Positions 7,701 to 11,818 of a DNA stretch of 11,818 nucleotides are shown piece by piece. The position numbers and the translations under genes were made by a program. The notes beneath the pieces were generated by a model that was not told the origin of the DNA, made no database searches, and saw only the letters and a list, made by a program, of their open reading frames with translations. Location: NCBI GenBank assembly GCA_030587475.2, contig JAUQYZ020000149.1, positions 1 through 11,818 on the forward strand. Direction: 5' to 3'. Source of the DNA: Candidatus Sigynarchaeum calidifontis (GTDB taxonomy: Archaea; Asgardarchaeota; Lokiarchaeia; Sigyniarchaeales; Sigyniarchaeaceae). Position 1 is the first letter of the stretch. Each line of letters begins with the position of its first letter.

Positions 7701-8694
7701 CTTGCTTGCGTTCTTGCATCTTGTCAAGATTCTCGTTCAAGAAACTAAGCTCGGTCTTTTTCGAGGAGAGTTCCGATCGCTTGTTCGAAATCTGGGTTTC
7801 GAGATCGTTCCGGCTGGTTTCAAGACCCTCGATCTTGTGCGTGAGATCGGTCATCACGGCATTTTCTTTGTCGATATCATTTTGCGTGCGGGTGATGTCT
7901 TCCGTGATTTCCTCTATTTTTTTCTTCGTTTCGCTGATAAAGATGTTGACTTGTTCCTCCTCGTCCCGCAATTTCTTGATACCAAGGGCGATAAGCCGCG
8001 CGTTGAGTTCCTTGATCTTGTTATCGAGCTCGATCCATCGCAATGCATCGTTCTTTTCCTTCTCAACGGCCTTGAGCTGGCGGGCAACTTCTTGGAATAT
8101 AGCCTCGAACTTGACGAGATCTTGATCGGCTTTCTCGAGTTCTTTAAGTGCGGCGTTTTTTTCATCATCGAACTTTTGCAACCCGACGAGATCCTCGATG
8201 AATATGCGCCTGTCCTCGGGGCTCATGTGCGTGAGCTCGACGATCTTGCCTTGCAAGATGAAATTGAACCCGTCGGGATCGACGTTGGCCAGGGCTAGCT
8301 TGAGCAAGATCTCTTCCCTGGTGCAGCGCGTGCCGTTTATGCGGTACGTGCCCTTCCCCTTATCGTTCACCTCGCGCGAGATTATGAGGTCCTGACCCGT
8401 GTAGCCGGGGAACAAGTTCTGCGAGTTGTCGAAGACGACGGTCACTTCCGCAGAGGTCGCGGGCTTCTTGGTCTTGGTTCCGACGAAAATCAAATCCGTC
8501 AAGTTCTCGGCGCGCATGGTCTTTTTACTGAGCCGGCCAAGGGCGAAACACAAGCCATCGATGATGTTGCTCTTGCCCGAGCCGTTTGGCCCGATGATGG
8601 CTGTGAACCCTTTGTCGAGTTTAACTGATACGGTCTGGTCGCCGAAACTCTTGAAGCCTTTGAAGATGATTTCCTTGATATATGTCGATCCCAT
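4795..8694 (-). CDS. smc: Chromosome segregation SMC-family ATPase (1299 aa); canonical heads but no recognisable hinge domain
   Basis: GFKSF, Walker A GPNGSGKSN (aa 35-43), Q-loop FILQG, PVNLKSIEQY, signature LSGGEK (aa 1186-1191), Walker B/D-loop FYVMDEIDAALD, H-loop FIVISHR. About 950 aa of heptad-rich helix lie between the heads. Followed by scpA and scpB. Confidence 0.95.
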   Translation of the reverse strand: MGSTYIKEIIFKGFKSFGDQTVSVKLDKGFTAIIGPNGSGKSNIIDGLCFALGRLSKKTMRAENLTDLIFVGTKTKKPATSAEVTVVFDNSQNLFPGYTGQDLIISREVNDKGKGTYRINGTRCTREEILLKLALANVDPDGFNFILQGKIVELTHMSPEDRRIFIEDLVGLQKFDDEKNAALKELEKADQDLVKFEAIFQEVARQLKAVEKEKNDALRWIELDNKIKELNARLIALGIKKLRDEEEQVNIFISETKKKIEEITEDITRTQNDIDKENAVMTDLTHKIEGLETSRNDLETQISNKRSELSSKKTELSFLNENLDKMQERKQALVEKQEKLGKGDTYDALLAKVQEEVEALDIQISKTKTEIQDKENQVAKLESDITIFQQELNAFNKRLNTSSSQKSSLETELKMTKDRLVKLESKKANLEKDLSKLLKDKNEDINAAMAAADKEAKDLQGEIEKIKTEIKKETQKQKNFETEIEQLRSQLSKYDQQINDSKSKIQVAKSEQDYFDKQINTLKRDAKTFEVNKVKFNEEIQRITKELEKTKDLLDTKNKLLADIKKEREEIEKSIENSQKEYDGAEQEIVGVVTNLEMLTENYKTGVSELSADIQASGTDAVENSMNDFNLYVKDIVSLIETIKSLAKDGKTEDLEHAFANLDMFLDNYDESMKILKDEVQKNMDKLVKDNAANFNSFIQDLMDIMSQVHTSLRKLSMTRNTEQINALHELDKKKSEMLDDISAVSVNKTKLEGDLKQSTLEFKNIESKIKSTDQQIEDLTKSIEEKNKVIADNQQKIDSLSKEKASIQTKIDEKNKQKDEFWEIQNKLNAEIDEKTKTLQGIQDKIRGLQTVQKLIKDIEEHEAEITASNTTIKNNDEKITILDEEIKKIEASKAEKEKDIQNLKRQKDDMLQVQKDLRTRLDEENKELQKKQNRHADLTAMIQREKEIGEINGEMDKINAQLKEGDKKIAELGNSIKGLEDKKNDVVNEISGLNAKKQSVWERQKQLQDELSKLNTTLGTNTNKLSNFENRKKEITAKIEELYEQSKQFGALPEVLEGWTDTGIKTDIAKAAEEKKALEPVNLKSIEQYDAVKNRFDDIDLRRQSLQRERKAILENIERIELEKTRQFMRAFNEINLHFSEVFTKLSPGGIAKMILENPAKPFEGGIVIEARPRGKKITSIESLSGGEKTLVALSFIFAVEHFQPSPFYVMDEIDAALDGPNVHRVSMVIKEFSLSSQFIVISHREENIVNADKIYGVSMRDSITDVFSIKMDEMEIAPGDKSMDDMLKDEDKGTAS
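5605..6264 (-). repeat. Degenerate 90-aa-period internal repeats in the C-terminal Smc arm
   Basis: aa 811-850, 901-940 and 991-1030 align without gaps (KIDEKNKQKDEFWEIQNKLNAEIDEK / DIQNLKRQKDDMLQVQKDLRTRLDEE / EISGLNAKKQSVWERQKQLQDELSKL). Hand counts against the first unit: 13/40 and 11/40 identities. W823 and W1003 are exactly 180 aa apart. Confidence 0.6.
7243..7767 (-). repeat. Degenerate 97-99-aa-period internal repeats in the N-terminal Smc arm
   Basis: aa 310-340 vs 407-437 give 11/31 identities. aa 342-385 vs 441-484 contain ISKTKTEI / IEKIKTEI. Each unit includes a short coil break (LGKGDTY / LLKDKNEDI). Confidence 0.6.
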
Positions 8695-8722
8695 TATTCT
8701 CGCTGGAAATGTGGTCTGTGAG

Positions 8723-8732
8723 CATTTAAACG
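8723..8732 (-). promoter_or_regulatory. Putative TATA box of the smc-scpA-scpB operon
   Basis: TTTAAA at 8730-8725 on the minus strand, about 30 nt upstream of the smc ATG. This spacing fits an archaeal short-leader or leaderless transcript; no strong SD is present. Confidence 0.55.
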
Positions 8733-8755
8733 CATGACGGATTGGCTTTCGCTTG

Positions 8756-9142
8756 TCAGAAGATCTTCGAGCATTCCTCCATGACGAGCTTCCCCACCCG
8801 GGCGAATTCTGCCCACCATTCCTGCGACCGGTTTGATACCAAGATCAGGTCGAGGAAGTTCGTGTTAATACAATAGATTTCATCTTTCCGGGCCTTTACC
8901 TTCTCTTTCCAAATCTCTGACAGGATGGTCGTGGCCGGGATCTTCTTCTGTGCTGCTTTCTGGATATCGCCGCCTTCTTTTTGCACCTTGGTGACGTGCT
9001 GGAATTGGAGCTCCTCTGCCTTGTATTTCATGTCCTTGCATGACATGACGATTTCGAGAGGCTTGTCCTTTCCGAACTTGCAATTTCTTCGCCACGAGCA
9101 CGGTTGGCACCACTGCTCGAACGATATCGTGAATTCAGAAAG
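8756..9142 (-). CDS. Small hypothetical protein with an N-terminal C-x2-C-x5-C-x13-C putative metal (Zn or Fe-S) motif; start codon unresolved
   Basis: The track ORF starts at ATG 9046, but the frame is open upstream to a TAA at 9175-9173 and reads ...LSEFTISFEQWCQPCSWRRNCKFGKDKPLEIVMSCKDMKYK... There is no in-frame ATG/GTG/TTG in this extension. The 5' coordinate given (CTT at 9142) is approximate. Confidence 0.65.
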   Translation of the reverse strand, partial: LSEFTISFEQWCQPCSWRRNCKFGKDKPLEIVMSCKDMKYKAEELQFQHVTKVQKEGGDIQKAAQKKIPATTILSEIWKEKVKARKDEIYCINTNFLDLILVSNRSQEWWAEFARVGKLVMEECSKIF

Positions 9143-9509
9143 TCCAGAGAGAGCATAGGTGAGTTTTGGCGTTTATTTTCACCGATTTCACGCGAAAGTT
9201 GATGGCCTCGGAATGTCTTTCGGGAACGCTGGGCGCTCCCAGGCAACATCCCGCGCTATTTAACAATACCATTCGCGCGCCGATCGATATTAAACATTCC
9301 ACATGGCCTTCTTGCCGAGCTCGGGAATAGGGGAGCGTGTCGTGGGAGGATCTGGATGCAATGTTGTCCACCGGACACGAGACTATCGGGTGCCATTCAA
9401 TAGCCTCGGCCGCGCCGGTGCACGTGAGGCCCTCGATGCTGGTACATTTGGAGCGGCTTTCCCGCCCGCCATGCCTTGACATGATTGAATAGCGCGTTCG
9501 TCCCCCCAC

Positions 9510-9517
9510 TTATATAA
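9510..9517 (-). promoter_or_regulatory. Palindromic TATA box TTATATAA, probably driving leftward transcription
   Basis: Isolated AT island in a GC-rich intergenic region, back-to-back with the aIF1 promoter. It overlaps one arm of the inverted repeat AGCGCGTT (9491-9498) / AACGCGCT (9516-9523). Direction is inferred. Confidence 0.45.
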
Positions 9518-9549
9518 CGCGCTTGCGGAATGAGGTACGGCCGTGCCTT

Positions 9550-9568
9550 CGCAAAAAGGTATTTAAAG
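9550..9568 (+). promoter_or_regulatory. BRE plus TATA promoter for the aIF1 transcription unit
   Basis: CGCAAAAAGGTATTTAAAG: purine-rich BRE-like run followed by TTTAAA (9562-9567). Predicts a TSS near 9590 and therefore a ~150-nt leader before the aIF1 ATG at 9746. Confidence 0.65.
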
Positions 9569-9620
9569 TGATCTCACCATTGATCACCCGGAGCCTCGCT
9601 CCATACAACAGAAAAGTCAC

Positions 9621-9805
9621 GCAAGGCGAACCATGTCGACAAGCGAAAAATCGGTGTGTTGTACTCGTTCATTGCCGATCGAGCTTTGCGTGAGATTTTC
9701 ATCGATTTTTCCTTTCTAACGAAAAAAAACGAAGCAAGGCGCATCATGTCGTCAAGCAAAAAAGCGGTTTGTCCGGTATGCTCGCTGCCGCAAGAATTAT
9801 GTGTT
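9621..9805 (+). repeat. Degenerate direct repeat, 72-nt units at 9621-9692 and 9734-9805 (113-nt offset)
   Basis: Ungapped hand alignment: 48/72 nt identical, 33/39 over the first 39 nt. Confidence 0.85.
9633..9719 (+). CDS. 28-aa upstream ORF (MSTSEKSVCCTRSLPIELCVRFSSIFPF), a diverged copy of the aIF1 N-terminus; leader peptide or duplication remnant
   Basis: ATG 9633 to TAA 9717-9719. 13 of the first 20 residues are identical to aIF1 (MSSSKKAVCPVCSLPQELCV). Same upstream context, GCAAGGCG-N4-ATG. Confidence 0.5.
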   Translation: MSTSEKSVCCTRSLPIELCVRFSSIFPF

Positions 9806-10093
9806 TGCAAAGCCGTCAGCCAGGAAGAAAGCAAAATCAAGGTCAGGACCGACAAGCGGAAGTGGGGACGGCTCGTCACGCTCCTGGAATTCAGCGGCAT
9901 GGCCAACGTTAACCTCAACGACATCGCCCGCAAGCTCAAGACCAAGGCAGCTTGCGGCGGGACCATCGACGGGAACGTCATCGAGCTACAAGGCGACCAC
10001 ACGTTCAGCGTGCGGAACTGGCTCAAGGAAATGGGATTCGAGGATAGCAATATCCAAGTGACGAGAACCGTCCACACGGGCACCAAGCATTAG
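9746..10093 (+). CDS. sui1: Translation initiation factor 1 (aIF1 / SUI1 family), 115 aa
   Basis: Archaeal N-terminal CPVCSLPQELCVC motif and SUI1 core IKVRTDKRKWGRLVT...LKTKAACGGT...IELQGDH...LKEMGF. Start re-assigned from 9656 to ATG 9746. Confidence 0.95.
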   Translation: MSSSKKAVCPVCSLPQELCVCKAVSQEESKIKVRTDKRKWGRLVTLLEFSGMANVNLNDIARKLKTKAACGGTIDGNVIELQGDHTFSVRNWLKEMGFEDSNIQVTRTVHTGTKH

Positions 10094-10098
10094 TCACG

Positions 10099-10133
10099 TT
10101 TTTTTCCAAAACATTCATTCCCTTTTTTCCCTT
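10099..10133 (+). terminator. T-tract terminator candidate after aIF1
   Basis: TTTTTTT directly after the stop, then CCCTTTTTTCCCTTT; typical archaeal oligo-T termination signals between convergent genes. Confidence 0.5.
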
Positions 10134-10166
10134 TGCATCGGGGCCCGGATGTACGCTCGAATTGCG

Positions 10167-10206
10167 GGGAAAAGAAAGTAAAAGCACGACAGCGGGGGAT
10201 CGCTGC
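10167..10206 (-). terminator. Hairpin plus T-rich terminator candidate after alba
   Basis: On the minus strand CAGCG-ATCCCC-CGCTG forms a 5-bp GC-rich hairpin right after the stop, followed by CTTTTACTTTCTTTT. Confidence 0.45.
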
Positions 10207-10488
10207 CTATTTTTTCTTGTAGAGTGTTATCTCGATGGTACTCACGTTGCTCTCCTTGCCATCTGCCCCGGGGAGCTTCTCCGTGCCAATGACAATGCCC
10301 TTCACCTCGACGTTCTGCATGAACCGGTTCCTAATGACCTCGGCAACATCGACGGCATGGCTAATCGCCTTGCCTCTTGCCTTGATCACGCATTCTTTTC
10401 CCTCGTTCAAGAGCATCATCGCCGCGAGCACGTAATTGTTCGTGGGCCGCCGCCCGATGTACACGGACGTGTCATCCTTGCCTGGCAT
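10207..10488 (-). CDS. albA: DNA/RNA-binding chromatin protein Alba (93 aa)
   Basis: [14 protein letters not shown]...[23 protein letters not shown]...IVIGTE...[10 protein letters not shown] is the Alba signature. Start re-assigned to ATG 10488, with SD GGTGA at 10498-10494. Confidence 0.95.
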   Translation of the reverse strand: MPGKDDTSVYIGRRPTNNYVLAAMMLLNEGKECVIKARGKAISHAVDVAEVIRNRFMQNVEVKGIVIGTEKLPGADGKESNVSTIEITLYKKK

Positions 10489-10579
10489 GCGCGTCACCAA
10501 CAGTTCATATGAAGGATGCGGGGTTGTTAAACACGAGCAAGATCAAGAATTCTTGTCCCTGGTATAAGTTACCGAAGCG

Positions 10580-10604
10580 AAAAAAGAAGGAAAGAGGAGA
10601 TAAA
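10580..10604 (-). terminator. Pyrimidine/T-tract terminator candidate after the surface-protein gene
   Basis: Minus strand reads TTTATCTCCTCTTTCCTTCTTTTTT starting about 14 nt after the stop codon. Confidence 0.4.
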
Positions 10605-10617
10605 TCGATAACGAGCA

Positions 10618-11817
10618 CTAGGAGGTGATCACGGCGGATATCGTCGCCTCGCCACCCTCCCACGTGTAGATGGTGACCTTGATCGTGTCCCCGATTGCCA
10701 GGGCCGTTCCTGGCCAGGCAAAGTCCACGATACCGCTGGAACTCTGGAGGGGCACCGTGCCACCGATATTGACTGGCTCGTTCCTATTATACGGAACTAC
10801 CCAGTACGTCTGGCCCAATGCCACGAGCTTGATGATATCGATGGTCATGTTGATGCTCTTGCCCACGGTACCCGCGTTGTAGGCGGATATCTGCAGAATG
10901 CCACCACTTTGCGCGCTGAGATATGGCAACGTGACCTCGAGCGCGGCCATCGGATTCTTGGTTACTTTCACCACGGTGCTATCGTTCACCGCCGCCGTCC
11001 CGACCCGCAAGAGCGCGTCGTCGGTGGAGTTGAAGTACCTGACCCCAGCGGACGCGTAGTGATACTTGAGGACGACCGTTTCCTGCACGCCGATCGTGCG
11101 GTTGTTCAAGCCAAGGTACACGTGCGAGTTGTTCAAGTTGATCTGGCTGCTCGAGTTGATCCAGAGCCTCGTGAGCGTCGTCGGCACGCTTCCCACGTTT
11201 TTAACACTCACGAGCACGGTCTCGTTCGTGAAGGCGTACGTGAGCTGGTTCTGCGGCAAGATCTTGATCCTCTCGCCGCTGGCGATGGTCTTGATCTGGG
11301 CACTGTCCGCGGCGACCACGTCGTTCTTGTTATCGATGGCGTACACGGATACCTGCTGTATAGCATCGAGCTTCAACGCGCCGCGGTTGATCCGGATCGT
11401 CCGGGTCTGGCCGGGGTCAAAAGAATAGCCCTGGCCACCCTCGATGACCCACCCGCTGTACGTGCTCCCGTTGACGCGCACCTCGCTCAACCACAGCTTC
11501 TTGATCCCCGTGTTCTTGACCTGCACGCGGATCGTGCCGTTGATCCACGCCACGCTCGACGCGAAGTTCACGGGCAAGAAAGAGCGGTATCGCGTCATCT
11601 CCGGCTTCGAGAAGTCGACCAAGGAGTGATTCTTGGCGAACACGTTGTCGTAGACGAGATCCGACTCGGGGAGCGTGATGAAATCCTCCGTGAATGTCAT
11701 GGCAGCCTTATCCTTGCAGAAGGTGACGGTGAACGAGTCGCTCACGCCCTCGACCGTGGTCGCGTTTACCTTGACGACGTCGCCGACGGCGAACGACTGG
11801 TTGGACGCGATAACGCT
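10618..11817 (-). CDS. 3' part of a large extracellular glycoprotein with tandem beta-sandwich (archaeal pilin/FlaG-like or Ig-like) domains; start lies beyond the window
   Basis: The frame is open from 11817 (SVIASNQSFAVGDVVKVNATTVEGVSDSFTVT...), so GTG 11745 is internal. Repeated motifs VQVKNTG / VSVKNVG / ISAYNAG and FAVGDVVKVNATTVEG / LAIGDTIKVTIYTWEG. Rich in V/T/N/S, with 12 NxS/T sequons counted. Confidence 0.75.
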   Translation of the reverse strand, partial: SVIASNQSFAVGDVVKVNATTVEGVSDSFTVTFCKDKAAMTFTEDFITLPESDLVYDNVFAKNHSLVDFSKPEMTRYRSFLPVNFASSVAWINGTIRVQVKNTGIKKLWLSEVRVNGSTYSGWVIEGGQGYSFDPGQTRTIRINRGALKLDAIQQVSVYAIDNKNDVVAADSAQIKTIASGERIKILPQNQLTYAFTNETVLVSVKNVGSVPTTLTRLWINSSSQINLNNSHVYLGLNNRTIGVQETVVLKYHYASAGVRYFNSTDDALLRVGTAAVNDSTVVKVTKNPMAALEVTLPYLSAQSGGILQISAYNAGTVGKSINMTIDIIKLVALGQTYWVVPYNRNEPVNIGGTVPLQSSSGIVDFAWPGTALAIGDTIKVTIYTWEGGEATISAVITS

Positions 11818-11818
11818 G

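Noticed and set aside
2685-8694. Wadjet (JetABCD) or MksBEF defence-system interpretation
   Set aside because: Gene order is smc-scpA-scpB with housekeeping-type Smc head motifs. There is no JetD/Toprim nuclease, and the neighbours are core genes rather than a defence island.
4795-8694. Rad50/SbcC interpretation of the hinge-less SMC
   Set aside because: No CxxC hook and no adjacent Mre11/SbcD. Walker B/D-loop is DEIDAALD (Smc type) rather than DEPT, and kleisin and KITE genes follow.
2356-8737. Many long plus-strand ORFs (e.g. 2356..3156, 5576..6220, 7525..8298)
   Set aside because: Antisense shadows of the scpB/scpA/smc genes. The Ser/Phe/Leu-rich translations are what the reverse complement of Lys/Glu-rich codons produces.
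9322-9349. G-rich run resembling a G-quadruplex
   Set aside because: Only three runs of three or more G; does not meet the canonical pattern.
9135-9509. 124-aa minus-strand ORF ending in TGA, with possible Sec/readthrough into ORF 8880..9113
   Set aside because: Composition is not protein-like, no motif is recognisable and no SECIS was identified. The readthrough frame competes with the far more convincing Cys-cluster frame.
9136-9620. RNase P RNA-like words GAAAGTCC (9138-9145) and AACAGAA (9607-9613)
   Set aside because: The sequences following them are not complementary, so the P4 helix cannot form, and the span crosses two TATA boxes. No SRP helix-8 motif or tRNA cloverleaf was seen either.
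9656-9745. 30-aa N-terminal extension of aIF1 in the ORF track
   Set aside because: Archaeal aIF1 starts just before the CxxC motif. The extension overlaps the uORF and A/T tracts and has no SD.
1-11818. CRISPR arrays, IS elements, tRNA/rRNA
   Set aside because: No regularly spaced nucleotide repeats, transposase/integrase ORFs or recognisable structural RNA sequences were seen.

Overview
Archaeal chromosomal window. The archaeal call rests on Alba, an aIF1/SUI1 with an N-terminal Cys cluster, TATA-type promoters and GGTGA-type SD sites; an Asgard/Lokiarchaeia-like origin is only my impression. In coordinate order the minus strand carries the 5' end of an AmmeMemoRadiSam radical SAM gene (amrS), two hypothetical membrane proteins, a secreted membrane-anchored DOMON/CBM9-like protein, an smc-scpA-scpB operon and a small Cys-motif protein. 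Then come a divergent promoter region, aIF1/SUI1 (+), Alba (-) and the 3' part of a large surface glycoprotein (-). Four signals stand out. (1) The 1299-aa Smc has canonical condensin-type ATPase heads and sits with ScpA and ScpB, but has no recognisable hinge and no Zn-hook; it appears to fold back through an all-helical apex at its midpoint. (2) Its arms are lengthened by ~90-99-aa internal repeats, and both ScpA and ScpB carry long disordered N-terminal extensions. (3) aIF1 is preceded by a 28-codon uORF that is a diverged copy of its own N-terminus, embedded in a leader with alternative pairings. (4) The gene upstream of smc has an in-frame C-x2-C-x5-C-x13-C motif lying almost entirely upstream of any canonical start codon.
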